Shown piece by piece: positions 26,451-35,025 of a DNA stretch of 64,000 nt. The stretch lies in the NCBI GenBank assembly GCA_028714495.1, contig JAQTMH010000001.1, forward strand, positions 73,721 through 137,720, read 5' to 3'. Source of the stretch: Patescibacteria group bacterium. Lineage in GTDB: Bacteria > Patescibacteriota > Patescibacteriia > JAHIZJ01. The stretch's first letter is position 1; every line of letters starts with the position of its first letter. The notes under the pieces are model-generated. The model searched no databases. It saw only the letters and a list, made by a program, of their open reading frames with translations, and was not told the DNA's origin. The translations under genes were made by a program, and so were the position numbers.

Positions 26451-26505
26451 GAGTAATAACAATAAAAACAGGGGGATCAATTTAGCCTGCACTAAAATTT
26501 ACCAC

Positions 26506-27207
26506 ATGAAAACTGTAATATTTATACTCACAATTTTAATTCTTTTGTCATTCGTTGCATATTATTATAGTTCTGATAAAATTCAGTTTGATCAAATATC
26601 ACTATCATTCTTAAGCGCTTCTATCAGTGTACTTATTGCCGTTATCTTGATCAATTATTATTTAGAGGACGAGAAGAGGAAACGTTGGAAAAAGCTATCA
26701 GGTAAAGTAAATGAAGTATTGTCAAATATGTTTTGGGATCTTTTTAGCTATGTCGATTTTATTACTGATCCACCAAATTCGAATTTTTGGCCAAAAGTTG
26801 ATGACGCAATATCACCCTATGAGCTCTATCACAGAAAACTTAAGGCAAAACACAAATCAAGTAGAATAACCATTCACCCTGAACGTTTTGATGGTTTGCT
26901 AGATGAAGAAATTGGCTGGGGCAAATACTACGAAAACACAAAACGTGAATTTGATGAATTGGAGATCAAGTACCTAGAATTTATTAGTCCAGAGACTCTA
27001 TATAATATTATTGAAATTGAAAAAATTTTAACAAGTATTTCAAGTGGAATAAGAATTATACAAGATTCAATAAAAAGAGGCGAGGAAGAAAGTGGTTATA
27101 TCATAAGTATTAAAGAATCGACTGAGGATGATCATAAAAAAATATTCGCAGTACTCACAAATGTAATACAAAATATTGATTTTTTCGAAATTCATAAAAC
27201 CGTTTAG
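26506..27207 (+). CDS. Hypothetical membrane protein (2 N-terminal TM helices and a cytoplasmic domain), AT-rich
   Basis: 233 aa with TM segments VIFILTILILLSFVAYYY and SASISVLIAVILINYYL. Confidence 0.55.
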   Translation: MKTVIFILTILILLSFVAYYYSSDKIQFDQISLSFLSASISVLIAVILINYYLEDEKRKRWKKLSGKVNEVLSNMFWDLFSYVDFITDPPNSNFWPKVDDAISPYELYHRKLKAKHKSSRITIHPERFDGLLDEEIGWGKYYENTKREFDELEIKYLEFISPETLYNIIEIEKILTSISSGIRIIQDSIKRGEEESGYIISIKESTEDDHKKIFAVLTNVIQNIDFFEIHKTV

Positions 27208-27399
27208 ACTTGACCTAGGTTGACCTTTGCAATGTCATCATATACTTGCTCCGAACTTTTATCCTCCGTCTCAATATCAACCCCACATTTACCCCAGACA
27301 ATATCTGACTCCCAGTAGGCCGCGGAGGATGAGGTGATGATTCATAAAGTTATTCTATGGCAAACATGGATAAAAAGCCAATCGTTTTATATATTTTTT

Positions 27400-27440
27400 A
27401 GTTATAAAAATGCCACTGGTTAGCCAGCGGCATTTTGTCT
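27400..27440. terminator. Bidirectional rho-independent terminator
   Basis: Hairpin atgccactgg-ttag-ccagcggcat flanked by an A-run on the 5' side and TTTTGTC on the 3' side. Confidence 0.55.
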
Positions 27441-28079
27441 CTCCCTTACGAGCGATTGAGCAATGATATGACAGATATGCCTTCGTCTCCGTGCTATTTC
27501 ATCTTGCGGTAGGTCAGCGTGTCGTATCGTTACTTTGTATCCCCGAACGGGTCTTCCCGCGTTTCCGATCATTGCGGGAGAAGCTGGCGCTTCTTCTAAA
27601 GATTCCAGGAACTGTGAGAGTTCTTCGGGGAAGAAGAACTTAACGCGGCCTATCTCGTCAGGACGTAGAATTGGAGATACCCGTTCCTCAACTGTTTGTA
27701 ATGATGCGCGATCAAGAGCTACGGAAACTACGTAATCGTAGCCCGCATCGAGACACTTACGAATATTCCCATTCTCTTGGAGTACCGTCGTAACGGGAAT
27801 CTCACAAGCGACTCGAACATTTCGGCCACGAATGCTTACGTCGACTCGCTTTCTGGTTCCCGGAATCAGATCTTCGACGATGGCTCCGTATCCCAGGTTT
27901 AAAGCGAGTTGACTAACAAGAAGCTGAACGTACTTATGTCTAGCGCCGCCAGCCCCGCCTCCAGGAGACGCCCTCCTCCTCCCCTTGGGTTGGGACGCTA
28001 GCAATCCTTTCTCTATCTGTTCTGCAGAAGCAAGCCATTGTGATGTTTCAGATAGCGTTTCAGATAGCCTTGAGGTCAT
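27420..28079 (-). CDS. Hypothetical protein, GC-rich
   Basis: 219 aa. A possible nuclease-like D...E.K arrangement (RVDVSI...VACEIP) is weak. Confidence 0.45.
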   Translation of the reverse strand: MTSRLSETLSETSQWLASAEQIEKGLLASQPKGRRRASPGGGAGGARHKYVQLLVSQLALNLGYGAIVEDLIPGTRKRVDVSIRGRNVRVACEIPVTTVLQENGNIRKCLDAGYDYVVSVALDRASLQTVEERVSPILRPDEIGRVKFFFPEELSQFLESLEEAPASPAMIGNAGRPVRGYKVTIRHADLPQDEIARRRRHICHIIAQSLVRERQNAAG

Positions 28080-28284
28080 TTCATCCCCCTTTGTTGTGTG
28101 GGAAAACTAAAGGAACTGGTTTTTAAAATAAACTAATTCTTAAAATTTGTCAAACACTTGGATGTTAGAGAGATTTAAACCCTCATCCCTGGTTTCACCC
28201 TCGTCCATCTCGTCAAGCCGCTTAGGCCGGTTTGGCCAAATAGAGCCCCGCGATAACATCAAGGGGCTCATTTTCTTATAATCA

Positions 28285-28312
28285 AAACACTTCCCGACAC
28301 GGGGAAGTGTTA
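28285..28312 (-). terminator. Rho-independent terminator for the 28343..29278 gene
   Basis: Minus-strand hairpin cacttccccgtgtcgggaagtg followed by TTTTGATTAT. Confidence 0.55.
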
Positions 28313-28342
28313 TATGAGTGTATTGACGCCGGAAGCGATATT

Positions 28343-29278
28343 TTAATCGGTTGCTACCAGGCTCAACTCATGCACTGTGCCGGCTCTCGGTTTCCAACCC
28401 GCGCCCTCGATGGCCACATAATGGATCTTAGCCGGTTTGGGATTGAGCGTCATTAAATCAAAGTCATAAGTATACTTTTGGCCGGTTGTCACCTTCACGC
28501 CATTGGTCGCTTTAGCTTGACTGTTCGGGTCAAGTGTGTAAAAACCGCGCCAGAACATCTGGCCGGCGGCAGTCGGATCTTCACCCAGAGATTTATGTTC
28601 CACGCCATTGGCATCAAGATAGCTGATAACCACGGCGACTGGCGCCTCGCGTCCGTTCCAGCCAGTGCCGGTCAATGTTTGCTGATTGTTGGTCGCGATC
28701 ATATGGAGATTGAGGTGAGAGTACGCTGATACATCTTGCTCGACGTTTGTCATAATGCCGCTGCGTGAATTGGATTCGATGCCAGTGAATGTTACGCCAT
28801 TAGCTCCATAAGTCACTTCTCCGCCGGAGCTTTTTGGCTGAAACCAGACTTCTTCAAACCAGTTGGTGGGCGCGGAAGTAAAGGTGAGCGTCGCGACGAT
28901 ATTAAGTGACACTTCAGCCGTTGTTCCATTAGTGTTGGTATTAGTTACAACAGCGTTTGTGTTAACATTGGTATTTACCGTGGTATTATTGGTGCTATTT
29001 GTATTGCTGTTTGTCGTGTCTTTGTCCCGGAATATAAACCACCAGAGCAGAAAAATAACTAATAGTAGCAGAATTATGACAAAAATTACCAACAGCGATG
29101 ATTTTTTGCGCTTTGGTTCCTGGGTGTCATTTGGCATGGTTTTTTTGTTAATATTAATATGGTAATTATAGCACCTATTCGAAAAAAACACCCAGGCGAT
29201 GTTGCAATCGTTGGAGTTACGAACAACTTGATATACGCGTACAAACAAAAAACCACTCGATTGAGGCGGCATTGACAA
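28343..29278 (-). CDS. Secreted/membrane-anchored protein with an Asn/Thr-rich linker and a C-terminal globular domain
   Basis: TM LLVIFVIILLLLVIFLLWWFIF followed by the low-complexity TTNSNTNSTNNTTVNTNVNTNAVVTNTNTNGTT. Confidence 0.6.
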   Translation of the reverse strand: MSMPPQSSGFLFVRVYQVVRNSNDCNIAWVFFSNRCYNYHININKKTMPNDTQEPKRKKSSLLVIFVIILLLLVIFLLWWFIFRDKDTTNSNTNSTNNTTVNTNVNTNAVVTNTNTNGTTAEVSLNIVATLTFTSAPTNWFEEVWFQPKSSGGEVTYGANGVTFTGIESNSRSGIMTNVEQDVSAYSHLNLHMIATNNQQTLTGTGWNGREAPVAVVISYLDANGVEHKSLGEDPTAAGQMFWRGFYTLDPNSQAKATNGVKVTTGQKYTYDFDLMTLNPKPAKIHYVAIEGAGWKPRAGTVHELSLVATD

Positions 29279-29395
29279 AAAATATAAAATGCGTTAGTAT
29301 GTGAAGTTCCCAAAGAGGGAATATTCGCACCTTCCCATAGGAAGTGGCGGAGCGGCAAACCACCCAAATGCTCCCATAGGAGCAAGGGGGACGGC

Positions 29396-29917
29396 ATGAC
29401 AAAGGAGATTCGTGTACCGGCTACTACGGTTCAACTCATTCAGATTCTCGGAGACATCCTCCGGAATCACATCAAGATCAGACTCTGGGGCACCGAGTGC
29501 TGGACATTCCAGCACGTTGCTGACTGGGCCATTGTCGGAGAGGAGCCCGAGCTTGAAGCAGGTGAAGAGGAGTGGACCAGGTTTCAGCTGTACGAGAACC
29601 CTGAACACGAGATGACCATTTATCTCGGATCAGGTTACTGTCGGGCACTCGGCTATGCTCCCAGGCCTGGTGCGGCCCAGAAACTGCAGATGCGGGTCCG
29701 TTGCGAGCACTCTCGGTGGGTGGCAACGTCGATGAGCTACTGGGATTTCCAGATCTGGATCCGTCTGCCCGATGACACGACTGAGCGACATCATTATCGA
29801 TGCCACCTCGGGTATGGCCAAGATCGGGATATCATGGACGAGCCGGTTTCTGGAATGTCCGAGCTTCCTCCCCGGAAGATCGCCTTCTGGAGAGAGGCGC
29901 CGGCCTTGGCCGAGTGA
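29396..29917 (+). CDS. Hypothetical protein, GC-rich
   Basis: 173 aa ORF. No recognised motif. Confidence 0.45.
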   Translation: MTKEIRVPATTVQLIQILGDILRNHIKIRLWGTECWTFQHVADWAIVGEEPELEAGEEEWTRFQLYENPEHEMTIYLGSGYCRALGYAPRPGAAQKLQMRVRCEHSRWVATSMSYWDFQIWIRLPDDTTERHHYRCHLGYGQDRDIMDEPVSGMSELPPRKIAFWREAPALAE

Positions 29918-29939
29918 TCCGCTTCGCACAACTTATCAC

Positions 29940-29980
29940 AGCCATCCTTGGTAACCCCTTGGATGGCTTTTCTTTTATTC
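29940..29980 (+). terminator. Rho-independent terminator
   Basis: agccatcc...ggatggct stem followed by TTTTCTTTTATTCTC. Confidence 0.5.
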
Positions 29981-30206
29981 TCAAAAACAAAAAACGCCGA
30001 TTCCGCCGCCGACCACGAACTGTTATTTCTGACTGTCAAATTAAACAATCTGTTGGAAAAAGTCAGACCTCTCTGATGTTGTCTTTTATATCGCCTTATT
30101 CTTCCTGTTAAATTTCACATTATGTATCTTTTCCAGCATATCTAAGGTGGCTTTAACGGAAAGATTGCTCGTGTCCATTGGACCCTTCAGACACAGCCAA
30201 ACAAAA

Positions 30207-32141
30207 TCATCGCACCACCACGCCTGCCTTTCCGAAAATCCCCCAATTGCTTTCAAACTGGGCTTTTGTCCAGGTAATCTGGCCGACGTATGGATCGTTG
30301 ATGATAAATTTGATCGGGTTGTTAGTACTGCCGACAAAACCAATGACTGTGCGCGCGTGCTCGCCCATCCAAGCGTAAATATATTTCCCGGCCGGAGTAT
30401 TCCAGGAATCTTCATACCCCCGGCCATACACGCCCCAAACCACGACGGCGTTTCCGTTTTCAATCTCCTCGGCCACCTGACTCGAGGTCCAGCCGGTAAA
30501 CGCCTGACTCGGACGCCAATGACTGGCGGCCTTGGCGATCGGCTCCCAGTAGACGCCGTAGCCGGTGGAGTTTTGCCGGCCGTTGATATCGCCAACAAAC
30601 GCGAGATAGGCATCGCCCCAGGTATTACCTTTGTGCGGCGTCTGGTCAAAACCGACATAGTTCATGATATCGTCTTCTGACACGCGTACGCCTTTATTCG
30701 CCAACGCCATTTTTATAGCCGCTGCCTCGCACGATAAGGCGCGGTCCTGCAAATCGATGGCGACGTTGAGTTTCACTGTTGACAGGGCCGTCCTGAAACT
30801 GAAACCATGGATAACCCGCGAGTTTTGGCCATAGACGCTTTGTATGCCGCTGGCCAGACGCACCTGATAGGCAGTATCAAACGGCAAGGCGCTGCTCGGC
30901 GTAAACTTCATGGTTCGTTCGTTCCAGGAAAAAGTACCAGCGATAGCTGGTTCAGTCGAAAAAGCTTTTTCAGCCGAGGCGCGATCAACCGCCTGATCAA
31001 AGGTTACCTCTATGCTGCTCCCGATAGCCACGCCGACAGCGCCGTCCGGCGGCGAATGATGAGTCGCCTTAACCGCGCCGATTGTCCGGAAGGCATACGA
31101 GACGTCGTCCGGGAAAAAACCGCCATTCGCGTTGGCCGCTCCGGCGGTGACAGTCACGCGATAATCGGTATCAAAGGCAAGCTTCTCGGATGGAACAAAG
31201 GTCGCGGTTACTCGGTCGTCAGAAAGCGACAGTGATCCCTCCGTGGCCGGGCTGACGGTAAAATGTTTCCGCAGGCTCTCGCTATCCATGGCCTCGGTAA
31301 ACGTTACCACGAATTTCTCGTCAGTGAACACTTGCTCGCCGGCCGGACTGACTGTCACAGTCTTGGGCGGCGGCGCGATCGTAAATGTTCCATGATACAT
31401 CTTCTCGGGCTCGCCCCGATAGGTGATTATTTGCGTTTGCCGGTCCCGAACGATAAACGATCGGTTGATCGTAAGCGCATAGGTCGCGCCCTGGCTGAAG
31501 GGAGATTCAGGAACAATTATATACCGATCGAGAGTTTCATTGCGCTGGACGGTATAGACAATGACCGGATCGAACACAATTTCAAACTCCGCGTAGTCGT
31601 GATTCGCTCCGGTCAGCGTGATTTCTACCTGACTCTGCGGTGAAACGCCTTTCGCTCCATCCGTCGGCGCGACACTCGAGACTTCAGGCAGCGCCTGGGT
31701 AGTAAGGGTCGTCGAATAGGTCCGTGGTTTCGCGTACCTAAACAGATCAGTAATCCCCTCAAGCGTCACGGCGTATGTCGTGCTTGGCTCAAAAACGCGG
31801 TTTGGAATGAATCGAATGGCCCGGAATAAATGGCGGTCGCCAGCAAGCGGTTCCTCAAAACTCCACTCACCGTCAAGATCCGGCGTCAGTTTCGGAACAA
31901 GGGCGCGTCGATTGATTGGCTTATCAAATCGGATGAGTATTGTTGAATCAAGAGCAACGTCCGTCGCCTCGGCCGCTGGTCTTACCAATTTTACCTTCGG
32001 TTGCCAAAGAAAAAAATAAACGGCTGCTCCAAAAATTACAAGCAGACCGACTATAGCTAATAATACTATTTTTACCAACCGTCTTGTTTTCATTTTTTTG
32101 CCTAATATAATAATTATAGCGGTTTTTTCGCGTTTTATCAA
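30207..32141 (-). CDS. Membrane-anchored protein with tandem Ig-like domains and a C-terminal peptidase-C39-like (papain-fold) domain
   Basis: N-terminal TM. Repeated approx 100-aa beta-rich modules. C-terminus RALSCEAAAIKMALANKG ... H ... with a candidate Cys/His dyad. Confidence 0.65.
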   Translation of the reverse strand: MIKREKTAIIIILGKKMKTRRLVKIVLLAIVGLLVIFGAAVYFFLWQPKVKLVRPAAEATDVALDSTILIRFDKPINRRALVPKLTPDLDGEWSFEEPLAGDRHLFRAIRFIPNRVFEPSTTYAVTLEGITDLFRYAKPRTYSTTLTTQALPEVSSVAPTDGAKGVSPQSQVEITLTGANHDYAEFEIVFDPVIVYTVQRNETLDRYIIVPESPFSQGATYALTINRSFIVRDRQTQIITYRGEPEKMYHGTFTIAPPPKTVTVSPAGEQVFTDEKFVVTFTEAMDSESLRKHFTVSPATEGSLSLSDDRVTATFVPSEKLAFDTDYRVTVTAGAANANGGFFPDDVSYAFRTIGAVKATHHSPPDGAVGVAIGSSIEVTFDQAVDRASAEKAFSTEPAIAGTFSWNERTMKFTPSSALPFDTAYQVRLASGIQSVYGQNSRVIHGFSFRTALSTVKLNVAIDLQDRALSCEAAAIKMALANKGVRVSEDDIMNYVGFDQTPHKGNTWGDAYLAFVGDINGRQNSTGYGVYWEPIAKAASHWRPSQAFTGWTSSQVAEEIENGNAVVVWGVYGRGYEDSWNTPAGKYIYAWMGEHARTVIGFVGSTNNPIKFIINDPYVGQITWTKAQFESNWGIFGKAGVVVR

Positions 32142-32167
32142 TTATTATGCCATAAAAATATATATAG

Positions 32168-32196
32168 TTGACAAAATCGTCATTAAATAGTAAATA
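32168..32196 (+). promoter_or_regulatory. Near-consensus sigma70 promoter
   Basis: TTGACA, 17 nt, TAAATA, then RBS GAAGGAGGTGG before the ATG at 32217. Confidence 0.55.
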
Positions 32197-32216
32197 ACAG
32201 ACAGAGAAGGAGGTGG

Positions 32217-32525
32217 ATGATGGCACGCGAAGATTACGTTCTGGCCAGGGTAACAATCAGGGAAGGGGCGGGGTGGCATATCTTTTACCTGTCAACCAGC
32301 GTTGTAACAGCGCTGATCGTGGTCAAGAATGAGCGGCCAGATCAGTTTTGGATTTCGGGGAGACAGCTTGATCTGCGGGTTGTGGATACGGAAGAACTTC
32401 CAGAGCTGGAAGAGGGGCTACGGTGGGCCGCTTCCCACACACCAACGGGCGACCCAAAGGCAGATACCCACTACCTGGCTACTTTTCCCCGACCTTCAAG
32501 ACGGCGAGGGGCTCGAAGACGCTGA
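32217..32525 (+). CDS. Hypothetical protein, GC-rich
   Basis: 102 aa ORF with a strong promoter and RBS. Confidence 0.5.
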   Translation: MMAREDYVLARVTIREGAGWHIFYLSTSVVTALIVVKNERPDQFWISGRQLDLRVVDTEELPELEEGLRWAASHTPTGDPKADTHYLATFPRPSRRRGARRR

Positions 32526-32609
32526 AGCCGTTTTTCCGCTCGCCTTGACCGCAAACCACAAATGGACCAAATCGCCGCTCATTGACATTGAAAGAAAGGA
32601 GGTGAGGCC

Positions 32610-34556
32610 TTGAGAACGCTGTTCTGGCTGATCTGGGCGTTGTTGAAGCTCGTTTTCCACATTGTCCAGGGTCCAGCGCTAGTCGCTTTTTTCAGGGAAT
32701 TTGGTCGGCAAGTGGGCGTCGGTCGGTCGGCTCTCAAAGGCCTGACCATCCTGAATGTCGTCATCATCCGGTGCTCGAAGTACGATGACGAGACTGGGTT
32801 CGTTACACGAGACTGGCGAGGAGTGTTGCCAAGCAACACGCTGGCCACAATGTACAGCTTGGTACAAAACATCGGAGAAAAACACCAGCTGGGCGTGAAC
32901 GTGCGCATTGTCACGCACGTCTTTGATGAATCGGTGCAGGTGGTCCGGCCGAAACGGATCACTTGGCTGACCAAACTATTCGGGGCGAAATCAGTAGTAT
33001 TGCTGGTTGGTGTCCAAACTAACCAATTTCCACGGGCGCGGGATCTGGCTCTGGCTTTTCGCGATCTGGGAATTCCCGTGGTGGTGGGTGGATTCCATGT
33101 CAGCGGCGTACTGGTTCAGTTTCCCCAGAACGGCGATTCGGTCAATACTCGGGCATTCCGGGAGCTTGGCCTCGCGGAACTGGTTGATCGCGGGGTAGTC
33201 TTGTTCGCGGGTGAAGCCGAGGGGCGGCTGGAACAGGTGCTGAATGACTGCTTGGCGCAGACGATGCCGCCTATCTACAACTATCTGGATTCGCCGCCCA
33301 ATCTGATAAGCAAACCATTTCCACTCCCATTGCCAAACACGCACAGACGCTTTGCCATGCCGCACATGGGAACGCTGGACTCTTGCCGCGGCTGTCCGTA
33401 TAATTGCAGGTTTTGCTGCATTCGGACAGTCCAGGGCAGGAAGGTGCGACCGCGCGGGGTTCCGGAGTTTGTTAACTTCCTCCGCCAAAACTGGACGCTT
33501 GGTATTCGGGAGTACTTCTTTACCGCGGACAATTCAGCGTGGGATCCGCTCTGGCGCCAACGTTTCGAGGCAATGATCGCTCTCCGAGGCGAAGGCGTGA
33601 AAGTCACGTTTCTGATGCAAGTGGATACGCGAGCGCATCTCATTCCAGACTTTCTGGATTTGGCGGCACGGGCTGGTTGCGCCATGGTCTTTCTCGGCGT
33701 CGAGAGCCTGAATCCGTCAAATCTCGAGCTGGTCGGGAAAAGGCAGAATCACCCGGATGATTACGCAGGCATGATTGAGTCATACCGGTCGCGGGGCATC
33801 GCGGTCTACTTTGCCATGATGATCGGATTGCCGAATGATACGAGGGAGTCCGTCGCTCGCGACGTTCAGACGCTGATGGAGCTCGGACCAGATCTGGTGT
33901 CTTTCTTCATCGTCATGCCGAGTCCGGGCGCGGACGATCATGCCGAGATGTTCCGGACAGGCAAATGGATCGATCCTGACCTCAATCACTGTGATACGTT
34001 TTCTCGGCCTGTCACAAACCATCCCCGGATGACGTCGACGGAGTGGCTCGCCGCCTACCAAGACGCTTGGCGCGCGTTTTACAGCGTCGGGAATCTGATC
34101 CGTATCCTGAAGCGCACTCCGACAGAGCGCTACTGGCCGGTGTTCAAGAATCTGGTCTGGATGAAACACTCCATCGATGTCGTTCAGCGCCACCCCATGC
34201 TCAGTGGTTTTGTCCGGCTCCGCGACCGCGCCTCACGGAGAAGCACGTTTCCGAGACTTAGCCGCTCCGCTTTCTTCCGGTTCGAAATTCGCGAGTGGTT
34301 TGGTATGTATCGGCGAATCGCTCGCCTGATTCTCGATCTGACAGAGGTCTGGCTCCAAACCAGGCCAAGCCGCAAGCGAAAGACCCGGTCGGACATCGAC
34401 CAGTATTGGCAGACGCTCAGAAACCAGTTGCGCCAGGGGAAGTTCTGGGTTTTGTTCCGGTGGCAGACTCTGCGCGCGTTCGGTGCGGAATCCGTACTTA
34501 CCCTGTCTTTTCTCGGGACACTTCTCTTCGCCTGGCAGGGACGCGATCGTCCCTGA
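32610..34556 (+). CDS. B12-binding-domain radical SAM enzyme (class B-like) with a long C-terminal extension; true start may lie inside the ORF
   Basis: Rossmann-like B12 region VVLLVGVQTNQFPRARDLALAFRDLGIPVVVGGFHVSG. Radical SAM CPYNCRFC (CxxxCxxC). 648 aa. Confidence 0.8.
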   Translation: MRTLFWLIWALLKLVFHIVQGPALVAFFREFGRQVGVGRSALKGLTILNVVIIRCSKYDDETGFVTRDWRGVLPSNTLATMYSLVQNIGEKHQLGVNVRIVTHVFDESVQVVRPKRITWLTKLFGAKSVVLLVGVQTNQFPRARDLALAFRDLGIPVVVGGFHVSGVLVQFPQNGDSVNTRAFRELGLAELVDRGVVLFAGEAEGRLEQVLNDCLAQTMPPIYNYLDSPPNLISKPFPLPLPNTHRRFAMPHMGTLDSCRGCPYNCRFCCIRTVQGRKVRPRGVPEFVNFLRQNWTLGIREYFFTADNSAWDPLWRQRFEAMIALRGEGVKVTFLMQVDTRAHLIPDFLDLAARAGCAMVFLGVESLNPSNLELVGKRQNHPDDYAGMIESYRSRGIAVYFAMMIGLPNDTRESVARDVQTLMELGPDLVSFFIVMPSPGADDHAEMFRTGKWIDPDLNHCDTFSRPVTNHPRMTSTEWLAAYQDAWRAFYSVGNLIRILKRTPTERYWPVFKNLVWMKHSIDVVQRHPMLSGFVRLRDRASRRSTFPRLSRSAFFRFEIREWFGMYRRIARLILDLTEVWLQTRPSRKRKTRSDIDQYWQTLRNQLRQGKFWVLFRWQTLRAFGAESVLTLSFLGTLLFAWQGRDRP

Positions 34557-34610
34557 GCCAGCGTGAGATCCACTTTCGTTGACAAATCCGCTCATTATCT
34601 CTTCACCCTT

Positions 34611-34640
34611 GAGCCTCGGCACCAGTCGAGGCTTTTTTCT
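34611..34640 (+). terminator. Rho-independent terminator after the radical SAM gene
   Basis: agcctcg-gcaccagt-cgaggct followed by TTTTTTCTT. Confidence 0.65.
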
Positions 34641-34942
34641 TAAATAAAAAAACCATCCTATTGCAAACCAAGGATGATTTCTTCAATACCAACTATTTCA
34701 GGAGGTATTTATTATCTGACTTAAAAATTTTATTTATGCCTTTTTTTGGCCTTGGCCTCAAGCATCAGTCTTTTAATCTCCAGCCTCTTTTTCGTTTTGT
34801 GAGAATGTGATCTTTGACTTTTACCGACCGCGCTCCATCTTTTCGCCATATGAGTATTATTTATAATGATTATAAGCTATCATAACTGATTGTAAGAATA
34901 AAATCAATGGCTAAAGATTTTTTTATCTCTATCCTGTCGCTG

Positions 34943-34963
34943 TAAATACCCAAGCCCTGGGGT
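34943..34963 (+). repeat. 21-nt direct repeat copy A (taaatacccaagccctggggt)
   Basis: Identical 21-mer at 38001..38021. Confidence 0.8.
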
Positions 34964-35025
34964 GGCTAGAGTTTTTTTAACATTCTTTCCCGCTTGAAAA
35001 TTACTAAATTGTTACCTTTTTTAGC

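Noticed and set aside
30086-30680. ORFs 30086..30658 (-) and 30147..30680 (+) overlapping the 3' end of the 30207..32141 gene
   Set aside because: They are alternative frames of a region whose minus-strand frame continues the Ig-like/C39-like protein with a coherent domain structure.
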